A DNA stretch of 64,000 bases from Chiloscyllium plagiosum. Taxonomy: Eukaryota. The notes beneath the pieces are model-generated. The model made no database searches, was not told the origin of the DNA, and saw only the letters and a list, made by a program, of their open reading frames with translations. Location: NCBI RefSeq assembly GCF_004010195.1, contig NC_057751.1, forward strand, positions 15,420,241-15,484,240, written 5' to 3'. The translations under genes were made by a program, and so were the position numbers. This document shows positions 25,805 to 38,723 of this stretch, in pieces. Numbering within the stretch: the stretch's first letter is position 1; the number at the start of each line of letters is the position of its first letter.

Positions 25805-27199
25805 CAAAGTTAATGAGAGTTAAGTCTGTGACCTCGCATTGGGAAAAGTTAGAAAGGGTTTTGAGCAGGTGATAGGGTGGACAGAGAAGAGATTACATGG
25901 TGACAGGTCATGGTACAAGGCCAAAGAAAGTGGTAGTGGGACTGGTAAAGAAATAAAAGTTGCATCTAGAAGATGTGAGAATGGCAAGATAGCTCCTGTT
26001 TGACTGAAAAAGAGAACTGAGACAAAAACGCATACTAGCAAAAAGACATGAAACAGAATAAGGGCAAAGGCTAAGATCTAAAATGATTGAACTTGATGTT
26101 GACTCCAGGAGGCTGTTAAATATCTGCTTATATCTGTATTCAACGTGTGATCATTTTTCTGTAAAGGCTGCAGGAACCCACTGTTGTAGTTTGAGATTCT
26201 TTAGCACTGGAGAGTTAGGCAGTTCTGTCCATTGACATTGATGGGAGCCACAGTCACCTCTGCTATGTAATTCTGGAATTGTCTAGGGCATTGCTACTCA
26301 ACAGCACTCTTTGTGACAAGGACGGGGGAAAGGAATTGGGAGCAATTGGGAAGCTGTAATTAACGTCAGTGGGCACTGATTCCCTGGCTGATGGAGTCGT
26401 CAACAAGAAAGAGCTCAACAGAAGAAGTGCTCAGAAAGAGAATGTGAATGATCAGACAGCATCAATCCAGTAGCTGGTTGGACACGGCCCTGGCAGTAAA
26501 CCAGTTGGCTTCTTATACAGCGTGGCACAAAGGGGAAGTTAAAATAGAAAGGCGACAAGTGGTTAGGAAATATGGATGAAGAACTGGCTTCGTGTTGGCA
26601 AGCAGCAATAGTGAAACATCAACACTATCTACTGCCTGAGCCAGGGAACTGGCCAAGTCAGAACTATGTGAATGAATGATGTGCCTGTGGTTCAAAGACA
26701 TTGATCTGATTGTCTGTTTGTGTCAGGTCTCTGGGGTGCAGAAAGATGATGGATGGTTCCTGGCTACGTCTGAATGAGAGATTGACTGGCCGAGAGTGCC
26801 TTTGTTAATGTGATCATCCAGACAGAGAAGGCAAGAAAGAGCTTTTCCTTTCTAAGACACATTCCACTGCCTCTATGGCCTGAAGCACTTTGCAGTGTCG
26901 TTTTAAAATATCTGCTGTTGTAATGTACGAAACACAGCAGCCAATTTGCACACAGCAAGCTCCCACAAACAGCAACGCAATACTGACCAGACTATCTATT
27001 TTCAATGATTTTGATGGTGGGTTAATATTGACTGGGTCACTGGGATAACCCCTCTGCCCTGCAAACCCCTGTTCTTCTTTTAAACAGTGCCATGAGGTCT
27101 TTTACATTGGCAGAGGGGTCCTTGGGTTAATATCTCACCTGAAAGACGGAATCTCGGACGGGTCAAACTGCTTTCTCTTTTTGGTTTTGCCCGTGTCAG

Positions 27200-27700
27200 T
27201 TATCAGCTGCAGCTCAGTTGACAGTATGCTTGTCTCAAGAGTCATGAGATTGTGGGTTCAAACCGCACTGAAATGAACAGTTGTGCACATAAACAAAAAC
27301 CAAAATGACTGCAGGCGCTGGAAATCAGAAACAAAACCAGAAACTACTGGGAAAGCTTCGCACCTCTGGCAGCACTTGTGCAGAAAAATCAGAGATAACG
27401 TTTCTGGTCCAGTGGCCATTCCTCAGAACTGTGCACATGACCTAGGGTGATACTCAAGTGTACTACTGAGGGAGCACTGCACTGTCATAATATGGCATTG
27501 TTTGTTGAAATGTTAAATTTGACAACCCTGTTTGCCCTCACTAGTAGATACAACACCTCTAGGCTTGATTGCATTATATCATAAAAGAGCAGGGGAACTC
27601 TCCCTAGTGTCTTGCCTTACATTTATCAATAAGTATCATTAAAACAAATTATGGGGTTAGTATTAGAGTGTGGGAGCATGCAGTGCGCGAAGTAACTGCT
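27200..27700 (+). mobile_element. DeuSINE-like element carrying a Penelope-like insert (27291-27429) with a 9-bp duplication tgtgcacat
   Basis: Head cagctcagttg...gggttcaaacc; body actgagggagcactgcactgtca; duplication at 27282-27290 and 27430-27438. Confidence 0.7.
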
Positions 27701-28700
27701 GTGATTCCAGCCTGTTCACATCTGTGGACCATCCCTCATTTCTGGAATCCTCTTGTCTGCATCTTCTCCAGAATGAGTACATCTATGCAGTCTTGTGGAC
27801 ACAGAACACTCAACAAAGATTTGTGCATCATCACAGGGTTCTGATGTGTCATTTAATACGCTGTATAGCAGATTAGGGGCACTGATTTCCTAATTTCCAA
27901 AAGCGCGACCGTTCCAAGTCAGAATGAGAAAAAGGTAGCAAAAAAGGGACTCTTTGTTTTCCACAATCCACACTGACTTGCTTCTCTGAATTAATCTATG
28001 CACTCCCATGTAAATCTGAAGCTCCCCCATTGTTCCTGGAGGCTGGCAGAACTTGGGAAAGATTTCAAGATTTAAAAGCAAGAGGGGCTCTGATTGTGTG
28101 TTAATTGTGAGTAAAGAGGCAGAAAGGTTTTGAAATGTGCAGTGGGTTTGTGAGAGCCCTCCAAACAACTGGAAATCTTCAGCTGCTTCCTCTGGTTCAA
28201 AAGACAATCTCACTTAGAAAAATACTATTCTGAAGGGCTTAGGAGAAAAGAGTTGGTTGGATGAGGTGGAGGTTGGTGGGTAGGGGGGGGGGTGCCCGGA
28301 GCTTGTAGGCAAGAGTGTAGCTAATTGGATATTTTCTTCAATGAGCTAGCAGGAAGAGCCAAATGGCCACCCTCATCCTGATTCCATCAATGTTCTGCAT
28401 GTATTTGTCTTCATATGCTTTCTGCTGACTTATTCTCAAGTTCACCATGAAGAGCCTGTGCTCAGAGTGGTGGGAAAGACTTCCTATCATACACTCTGCT
28501 GCTCCTTTCGCCAGATCCTGGCAGATTGGCTGGTGAGTCAGAACCTGTGGATTGATGCCCTGCAGCTGCATGCTGGCAAGTGCAGCATGCCTGAACAGCG
28601 ATGACAGCGTGGTCTTGTACAGATCCATGCATGACTCGAATACTGAACACATCTCACTTGCTGTCTCTCTCTCTCTCTCTCTCTCTGCTGTGGCTGACAG

Positions 28701-28785
28701 GGACAACTATCCACCCCTGGAAAGCAGCAACATCCTCCTCCTTCTGTTGACCTGCAGGAATAGAAACTGCAATTCAGTTCTCCAG
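28701..28785 (+). other. Candidate upstream (5') exon of PHYHIP
   Basis: (CT)n pyrimidine tract then ctgacag|GGA acceptor; CAG|gttaga donor; unique sequence; four TGCATG motifs nearby. Confidence 0.4.
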
Positions 28786-31700
28786 GTTAGAAAATTTATT
28801 TGTTACGTTGTGTGCATGTCAGAAAAGTGAAGTGGCAGGGCACATCTCCCGTGGAGTAAATTCGTGTTTTTATAGCACAGTATATTTCCTTTACAAGTAT
28901 ATCCTTCCAATTGGCTGTTAATATGCTCAAGTATCCTGGGAAGTTTCATGGCAGAGGCTAGCATATGAGATCGCACAAAATGTTCGGTCACTCAGGATCA
29001 GGATAGACTCCTTCACACAGTATACTGTGAATCTTTGAAACAGATGGTCAGATGTTGAGCACACTTGAAACGGATGGATTTCTGAGCAAATAGGAGAGGG
29101 AAGGTGGAATTGACAGAGAGTTCAGTCATGAACATATGTTTTATTCATTCTTTCTATGTGGGCGTCACCAACTAGGCCAGCATTTATTACCCCGCCCTAA
29201 TTGCTCAGAGTCAGCCACATCGCGGTGGGTCTGGAGTCAGATGAGGGCCAGACCAGGTAAGATTGCCAGATTTCCTTCCCTAGAAGAAAATAGATGAATT
29301 TATATGACAAAGGTCACCATTAGGATAGCCTTTTATTCTGGATTTATTTTCAATTAAATTCAAATTTCACCGTCAACCATGGTGTGATTTGAACCCATGA
29401 ACCCAGTTAATTAGCCAGGTTCCTTGGATTATGAGTCCGGTGACATTATCACTTTGCCACTGCCTGCCCTGGCATGCAGGGGAGAGCAGGCTCAAATGGC
29501 TGAATGGACTATTCCTGCCCTGATTTCTTGTTCTCATGTATATTTGACACTAAGTCGCATAAAGGCACATTAGAACAGGCAACCAATGCTTCTAAAGGAG
29601 TGTCTTAAAGGAGGAGAGCAAGGCAGAGAGATTTAGAGATGGAAGACCAGAGCTTGGGGCCCAGGCAGTTGTAGGCATGTGTGCCAATGAAGATACAGTG
29701 GAAGTCAGAGGAGAGCAAGTGTCTCGAAGTGGAGGGATGCAGAAACCTCAGAAGGTAATTGCAAGGTGAGAGACGGTTACAGAAGTCAGAAGGGGCGCGG
29801 CCAATGTCTGGAGGATAATTGTACAATTCAGAGTTTGTCAAAGAGTGCATGTTTATACCGGTAGAAGTACAGTCACTAACAGAGAGCTCAGAACTCTAAG
29901 AAATAGTGTTCTGTTTGTCTTGACTCTGCAATTTTGAAATGGTCAGCTCCAGTCCAGGTGATCTTGTATGTCATGTAGCAAACTAGTTCACAGCTTCAAA
30001 GGGCAGCATAGATCAGTGTCTACACAACGCCTCTTGTTAATATTGCACATTTTACTGAAACATTTAAACCAGATCCATTTTGCTATTAGTCTGGATGAAT
30101 TGTTCTTTTATTTTGAAGAAACTCACTGCAGTGAGTCATGTGCAGGTGGGTGTTCAGGAGTAAATGTATTTAATGGAAAATGATTGGCATCTCCAAATGT
30201 GTGTGAACGTTTAAAAAAAATGACATTGCCTCGTCGATTATTTAAGTTTATGCATTTTTTCACAGGCAAGGGGTGTGTGTGTGTGTGTCAGGGCAGGTGT
30301 GTAATTGCAGCTATCCTGTGAAGGACAGCTTGCTGGCTGTTGATGGCTTTAATCTCAATTCCACACACATCCAACACAAATCATCCTTCTGCAAGACGTT
30401 GGGAGGATGGCAAATAATGCAGTGCAGAAGGGGGCTATTTGGCTTATCCTGTCTGCACCAGCTCTTTGAAAGAATTTGTTTTCCTATCTTCCCTAACAAG
30501 CGTGGGCAATGGGAGGTAACAGGATTTTTAATTATAGATACTTCAGACCACCTCGACCAGCTCTTGGCTTTGGAAGTCCAACTTCCAACTTCAGATGGAA
30601 AATGCTTGATCTGTCTTGCGACAGCCTGACAGTCTCTCCACCTCCTCAAGGAGAACAGCTCCAGCATCTCTCACAACATCCTCATAACCAAAGGCCTTCA
30701 TCCCTGCAACCAGTCTCACAAATCTCTTGCGCATCCTCTCAAAACATTTCACATCCTTCCTGAACTGTGGTGCTCCGGTTCAGTCTGAACCAATGTTCAT
30801 TAGAACTACCTTCCCCTTCAGCTTCTATGTCCCTTAAGAACATGGGAAATAGGAGGAAGAGGCTGTTGGGTCCTTCAAAACCATGATATTCAATAGATAT
30901 TGGCTGATCTTCTATTTCAACTCCATCATCCCATATCTCTCCATATCTATTGACAATTGAACATCCATTGATGACTTGAATATTTATCATACTTCACTTT
31001 CACTATTACTCTCGTCAATACAAATCTGCCTTTTGAGAGAATGATGTTTTACACTTATCAATTCTTTTGTGCACTGAACACTTTTGTCAGCTGAGCAACA
31101 GTGACATCCTGTCTACAAACTCCACTACTCCAAGCAATGACATCCACAGGTCCCACTCACACGTGCCCCAACACAACGGGATTCCCCCTGGATGCAATCA
31201 GTCCTTTCAGAAGTAAATGATTAGCTTTTGCCTGAGTCACTTTCCCTTGTTCCTGGGAGCTATTAAAGCGTTGAGTGAATGAGGCCACTGTACCAGTGAC
31301 TGCCTTCCAGTACTGGAACCAGGCCAATGATTAAATCCCACAGAGTTGCCTTGCAGCTGTGATACCACTCTGGTAATCACCATCTAATGTGGCATCACAG
31401 GACCAATATTAGCAAAACCAACTCCAAACAGAATTTTTCAAAATAGTCTCACTGCGACTTGTGAATCTCAGCTCTATGGGTTCATTGATTTGTCAGTGTT
31501 GGACAAACACAAGCTACCAAAGCTTCAATTTTACCCAAAGTATCATTAAAAGCATGTCTGATCATGAGAGCACCACGCACATTTCAACCCCGTGGGGGAC
31601 TGCCTTTGATAATTTTTTAATAAATCGGTGAAAAGAGAAAAATATTGTCAAAGACTTTTGTCAGGAATCACACAAGAATGCCAAATTTCAAGTGATCACA

Positions 31701-33118
31701 ACAATTTACGATATGAGTATAAACGGAACCGATTGGTTGGCAAGTGAACTCTGACTAGCTGTGGTGAAAGCAAGAGAGAACCATAGGCTCCCCAAGCTCT
31801 GGGCAATTCAAAACAAAAAGGATCATGGGCTGCTCTTATCCCTGTAGTTGCAGAGTACAGGTCACTTTCTATGAATGTTGGCCACTTATACCAAGTGTAA
31901 GTGAGTCACGTTATGAGCTTAATCAATTGTCTTAAACTGGTTATTATCACATTTGGGGTGGTTCTGCAAGAGCTGCCCAGTTGCAGAGCTACAGCAAACA
32001 GTGGACACCCTGCTTCAGCAACCTACCTTTCTTTCAGTATTATCCAGGTTCTATATTACCTATGATGTGTTGTATCCATTTTCCTTGATTTCAGGTTGTG
32101 GGAGCTTTTGGGGTTTTCAGGGAATGAGACTGAGCAGATAGTTCTTACAGAGAGCCAGACATACAATGGACCGTATGCTTCTCTCAGTACAAGTGTTATT
32201 CTTTTAATTGTCTTGGGAATATAAGAACCACTCACAAGGCCAGTATTTACTGCTCACCCTTCAATGAAGATGGTAGCAAGCCACTTTCTTGACCCAGTGC
32301 AGACTACATGATGTAGGTACACTCACAGAGCTTCATTCTGTAGCAGTTCGATAACTGCATGGCTTGCCAGATCACTATAGAGAGAAGCCAACAGTCATCC
32401 GCATTACTATGAGTCTGGAGTCACAGGCAGACCAGACCGGGTTACGAATGACAGATTTCCTCCCCTGAAGCACTTGAGTGAATCAGGCGGGTTTTTACAA
32501 CAATCTGGCAGTATCAATGCAATTCACCTACAAACTATTTGCTCTGCACTGGAAGCCAGCTGGTTTGCTCAATCTGATTCATCATTATCTGCATTAAATT
32601 CCTGGAAGCAGACTATAGACTGAAATGCAGGAGAAAACGTTCCCCAAGAATGCTCTCTCTGGGCAATTCTTTATTATTTCATGCAACACTGATCCTCTGA
32701 GATGAGAAATACTCAGACAATGTACCTATCCTGGCAAACTCCACAGGGGTCTATATTGATTTTGGAGTCAAGTCAGAATGCGAGCAGTGACAGACTAGAA
32801 TCTCATCATTAGTTACAAATAGGTTGATTGGGGATGATGAGTCCTAAGTATTATTTAATCATGTAGCTCAAAGGAGGCCATTTGGCCCATCATACGTGTG
32901 TTATCTCTTTGAAAGAGCTATCCAATTAGTCCTGTTTCACTGCTCTTCCCTCATAGCTCTGCAAAACCTTTCCAGGTATATAATCATTTGAATGCTCCAA
33001 ACAAATCTGTTCCATCACCCTTTCAAAGTGACCAGAAAGTGTACAGTGTAAAAAAAATTCTAGATTTGAATTCTAGATTTTTTTGCCAATTGTCTTACAT
33101 CCGTTTTCCCTGGTTACC

Positions 33119-33956
33119 AACTCTCCTGCCACAGAAAACAGTTTCCAACAGCTATTTTGTTGAAACCCTTCATAATTCAATCTTTCGCTGATGTATCCTG
33201 CTCAAAGACAAATGACCCTGACTTAGAGTCCAGAGTATGCTAACGGAGTGGTGACTTGTACTTAGACATGCCATTTTCTGTATCCGTTGCTCCCAAGGCA
33301 GTCTCCTCGACATGGGGGTGACAGGAGACCTGCTTGCACAGCACTTCAGAGTATCTCCGGAGCAACCAACCAACCCCACCGCCCCGTGGCTGAACACTTT
33401 AACTCCCCCTCCCAGACATGCAGGTCCTGGGCCTCCTCCATCGCCACTCCCTTACCACCCGACGCCTGGAGGAAGATCGACTCATCTTCCGCCTCGGGAC
33501 CCTCCAACTCCATGGCATCAACGTGGACTTCACCAGTTTCCTCATTTCCCCTCCCCCCACCTTCTCCCAGTTCCAACTTTCCAATCCCTGAGGCTCCCAG
33601 CCTCATTCCTGATGAAGGGTTTTTGCCTGAAACGTCGATTTTCCTGCTCCTCGGATGCTGCCTGACCTGCTGTGCTTTTCCAGCACTATACTCTCGACTC
33701 TGATCTCCAGCATCTGCAGTCCTCACTTTGACCTTGTTTTGACGTTTGTCCTGTCACCTCCATGTCGAGGAGACTGCCTTGGGAGCAACGGATACAGAAA
33801 ATGGCATGTCTAAGTGCAATTCGCCACTCCGTTAGCATACTCTGGACTCCAAGTCAGGGTCGTTTGTCTTTGAGTAGGATACATCAAAGAAAGATTGAAT
33901 TATGAAGGGTTTCAACAAAATAGCTGTTGGAAACTGTTTTCTGTGGCAGGAGAGTT
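33119..33956. repeat. 208-bp inverted duplication (33119-33326 / 33749-33956)
   Basis: aactctcctgccacagaaaacag...gtgacagga reappears reverse-complemented with only scattered substitutions. Confidence 0.92.
33275..33735 (+). mobile_element. Penelope-like element 3' fragment
   Basis: TNQPHRPVAEHFNSPSQ...DRLIFRLGTLQLHGINVDF (across frames); hammerhead core 33609-33636. Confidence 0.85.
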
Positions 33957-36900
33957 CTTTAATACCTTCTTACCTGCTCTACCTTTAAAGTTTAGACTTG
34001 AATCCTAAAGTGAGGTGTGCAAACTTGGCCACATACTCCACCTCAAGCTGACCCAGTTTTTACAAAGATTTGCTCAGTCTGAAGTAACGGACCAGAGATT
34101 CCTATTGAAGGTCCCCCCACCTCACCCCTGCCACCGCCCCCCCCAACCCCCTCACCACTTCCCCAATCACTGAGGGATGACTGCGGTGGGCTCTATCACC
34201 ATCCCCATTAACACTGCTTCACTGTGTGTAACACAACTGCAACAGGGTCACTCTGTCAGACTATGGACTTCAAAGCGGTGAGGTAAACATTGCATAATGG
34301 CACGGAAAGTTTCTGGAGATAAAATACTTGCCTTAATTCAGCACCACAGATTGGAGGGACATGGTTAAATTCTTCAAGCCTCAGAGATCAGACTCAAGGC
34401 AGAAACACTTAAGTCTTAGAGTGGGGAAGGAGGCCATTCAGCCCAAGGTGTCTGCACTGGCTTGTTAACTGAATACCATGACAGAGCACCAATCTCCTGC
34501 ATTCCTCCATACCCCTGTATGGAATTTAGATCTTAATAATCTTCCAATGCCTCATTTGAAACTGCCGCCAACATACTTCCAGGCAGTGCATTCCATACCT
34601 TACTCACTGTGTTTTTGCTCATATCACATTTGCTCCTGTTGCAAATCACTTTAAATCTAATGTCCTGTTCTCAGGTATCGTTTCTTCCTATCCACTCTTT
34701 CCAGCCAGTTCATGATTTCAAAACCTCTATGAAATCTCCCCTTAGCCTTCATCTCTCCGAGAAGAACAGTGCCAAGTTCATCATCCTATCCTCATAACAA
34801 AGTTCCTCATTCCTGGAACCATTCTTCAAGATCAGTTCTGCACTCTGTCAATGCAGTCACATCTTTCTTATTAAGTGGCACACTGAAATGTATGCAATAC
34901 TTCACTTGAGGTCTAACCAGTCTCTTATACAGGGCCTATTCAGCAACTGTGCATCTGTTGTTTCGGGAAGGGAGCACAAGAAGGAGACTGGGGAAGAAAA
35001 TTCCATTCAGCTCCATCTGAACCCATTCATCCAGATAGAATTGACAGTCCTTTTGAGCACTTTTCTCTGGAAATGTGATGGCTGAAAAGTGACTTAATAG
35101 CAGTCTTTAAGATTATGAAAAGTTTGATTGGGTAAACATGGAGAAGATGTTTCCATGTTGGGAGATCAGAACTACATAAAAACAAGGTACTTGTTCATAA
35201 AACTGATCAGGAATTCAGGACAAATGACTTTGCTCAGAGAGTGGTGAGAATACACAACTCGCTCCGAGATGAAGTGGCTCAAGTCAATAGCATTTAAAGT
35301 CAATATTGGCGGAAGCTGGGTAAGCACAAGGACAGCAATGAAGAGAAGAATATGCTGCTAGGTCAGAGATAAAGAGATTATACGGACAGCTCAGAAACAG
35401 CAGAAACACCAGCATGGAGTCATTGGGCTGAACAGCCTGGTTCTGTTCGATGCCTTCAATGCAGAACTGGAGGGAACAAGAGAGATATAAATCTGCCTCA
35501 CCTCAGAGATGGAAAAGTCACAAGGTCCAATGTAAAACACATCATTTCTGTTGTTTTTTAACTTGTCCTTGGGACGTGAGCATCACTGGTAAGCCCAACA
35601 CTGATTGCCCATCCCGAACTGCCCTTTGAGAAGGAGGTGATGAGCTGCCATCTTGAACTGATACAGTTCATGAGTAAGATGGACATGCACACACTGCCAT
35701 TAAGGAGGGAGTATCAGGGCTTTGATCCAGCAACAGAAAAGGATGATTGATATAGTTCCACTTCAGGACAGTGTGTGGCTTGCAGAAGAACATACAGGAG
35801 ATGTTCCTACGTATCTGCTGCTCCTTGTTCTTCCAGGTGGCCGTGGCTGCGGTTTGAGGACGGCCAAGAAGGCAGTTCACTGCACCTCCAATGGCTCATT
35901 CCCCTGTTCATCACAACAGTGCAAGCTGCAATCTCAGTATTTCACAGTCATAACTAACCTGGGATCAGAAACGAGAACAAAGGAATCTGAGACAAGAGGA
36001 AACAACACCATATAAGTCTACCGATTCTTTGAAACATCTGTTTAATTAGACCCACTCCTGAGCCAGTTCTCTGTTGCAGGCAATTTTTTCTCTCAAGTAT
36101 TTATGCATGTCTTTTAATCCAATTCACAGCAACTGCCTACATGATAATAGTTTCTCTGCATCTTCTTCCCTATTTTCATGTTGAGAGAATAGCGCAAGAA
36201 AGATCTATGCATATTAGATTGTGAAATTCAACCTCACAGACAGCACTTGCTGCTTAAACGAAACCGCTTGTTTTACAGCCCAGTTGTAAAATTATACAAT
36301 TCCTGGTGGGATACTGAATCATGCAGAACAGGATTGGTTTGATCCTGGATTGGCCCAATATCCAATACTCTGAGACTTGGCAGAAGTTATCTGCAATTGG
36401 CATGGGAAGAGCAGAGCTTCGAGCTCCTAATCACTCCCTGGCCATCCCTTCGAGAAAGTGAATGAGATCAAGTGAAGACAGTATAGGCCTGCAAGCATGC
36501 CGCAGCATTATTATTACCTGGATCAAGGGTTTCTTGGTTCGAGCCCCACTCCAGGCTTTGAGCACAAAAATCAAGGATGATGCTCCAGTGCAGCTCTGAG
36601 CGAGTGCTGCACAGCCTGAAAGTGATGTTTATCTGAGTTAAACAGGACTCTCGAGTCCCACTGTATTGAATAGGTGAGTTATGGTCTGTCATCATGTGGT
36701 CTTTTAGCAGTCTCAGTGAGATAAGGAAATTACATTCTTCTGACAAGCACAGAGCGGGATGGTTAAGAGTTAACAGCCTGATAATGAAGAGGTTGCAATT
36801 AAATCTGTAATGCTAGCTTTTAACATTTGTATAATGTGAGGAATTGATGATAAAATGACACTAACTATTCCAGCTGTCAGCTCCCATAACCCTGCAGTGG

Positions 36901-37269
36901 CACACATTCCAGAACCTTCTTCATTTTAATCAGCTGCATCCATCATTATTATAGTGTGGATGTCATTTATTAAAACACTTTCATTTACTTGCAAAATGTA
37001 TTTGAATATAAATTTGCCATTAGCATAAAAATTTTTTTCATTCCATGTTTTTGAACTGCATTGTTTTATGGGTGCAGGAAATTATGTACCTGGCACATCA
37101 AAATCGCCTTTCCTGAATTTGAACTAAATCTGCCAATGTCCAATTGGATTGTGAACTCCCCAAGGAACTTACATTCCACATCCAAAAAGAAAGTAAAACA
37201 AAGTTTCACATTTGCCAACAATGTTGTAAAATGAAAGGAACTAATCATATCTTTATTTGACAGCCTCAA

Positions 37270-37700
37270 TCTCCATCACCTTTTCTCTCTATCCCAACTC
37301 CCACACATTCACCCTCCCTCCCCATCCCCAAATCTGCTCACTCACCCTATCCCAAATCACATTCACTCACCCCCTATGCACTCCCCTTTCTCTTAATTGC
37401 TGATCCCCATTACCCACTTTCCCTCCATCACAATCATTCCCATCTACCAAAATCCTCACTCGCCACCCACACCCCTCAATCCCTACCTCCCTGTATCCTC
37501 AATCCCACTTTCTCCCTAAATCCCCCAACCCCACCTACCCATATTCTTCAATGTTCTTTAATCCCTTTTAGCCATCTTCTCCTCAATCCCACTTACCCTC
37601 CTTCTCAACATACCCTTTAGTCCCACCTTCTCCCTACATCCACCAATCCCAACTACCCACCATACCTCTTACTTAATCAGCTCTTCCCATCATCCCCAAG
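37270..37700. repeat. C-rich low-complexity tract
   Basis: Almost G-free, degenerate ctcaatccc/ccacc units. Confidence 0.8.
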
Positions 37701-38709
37701 TGCACAGTTTCTTGTGTCTGCTTCACTGTGTCCCTGAATGGCATCGTTATAACACTTGTACTGTCTGTACCATAGTCTATCATCCCACAATTCGAATCCA
37801 CTTAAAGTAGAAAGTCCCAACGGTTCCCTTTGCTCATTGTTTCACATTTCCGCTGATATTTGAACCCACCAGCACAGCCAACAGTATGAAGGGATTGATG
37901 CCATTCTTCCTTCCAGAGAGAGTGTATTGATGTAACCAATCTTAGGAACATAATCACTTTGGGTTTACTATATAACACTTTAGATTTAGGGCACAGTAAT
38001 AATTGATTCATTCAAGTGCAATTGAGACAATGTAGATGCTGTAGGCCTTACCTCAGAGACAAAATAATGATTTATATAGATCTGCAACAGCTGAAATATA
38101 TGACCCCCACCATCTCTGCAAGGTGAGAATACCTAGCCCTGTGAATGGCACTAACGTACTAACTTGGGGCAAAATGGTTCTCACCCCATGCTTAGAAAGC
38201 AAACCAGTAAGTGAGCGTACAGAACAAAGGGATTACTTAATAAATTGATATTGAGGCAAAAGACAATCAGCATTTTTAATGATGCTCCATGTCCTTAATT
38301 TAAAATCCAGAGCTTCTATTTTTATAGAATAGCCTACCAAATATATACTCAAAGAGAGACAGAGAGAGAGAGAGAGAGAAAACTATGTACACATTAAACA
38401 CTTATAAATGTACATTGAGACAGTCATTGAGAGAGAAGCTGCTAATTACTGTTCAAGGCACACAAAAGGATTGTGTCTGAGTGTTGAAGGCTATTTAAAA
38501 TACTCAAACAATTCGTCCTCGATAAGAAGCAATCAGGGGGCTGCAGACCTTGATAAAATTGAATAGAAATAGGAATAGATTCACTGTTAGGATGGGAAGG
38601 AGAAGAGGTCACAAATGCCCTTAACAAGAGGGGCTGAATTACCATCTTGGTGCGGATCATGGTGAAAAAATATCTTCATGATCAGCACATTTCCTTTTGG
38701 AAGAGCACT

Positions 38710-38723
38710 GTTACCATAGCAAC
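38710..38723. promoter_or_regulatory. RFX X-box motif
   Basis: GTTACCATAGCAAC, a near-palindromic match to the X-box consensus in non-repeat sequence. Confidence 0.5.
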
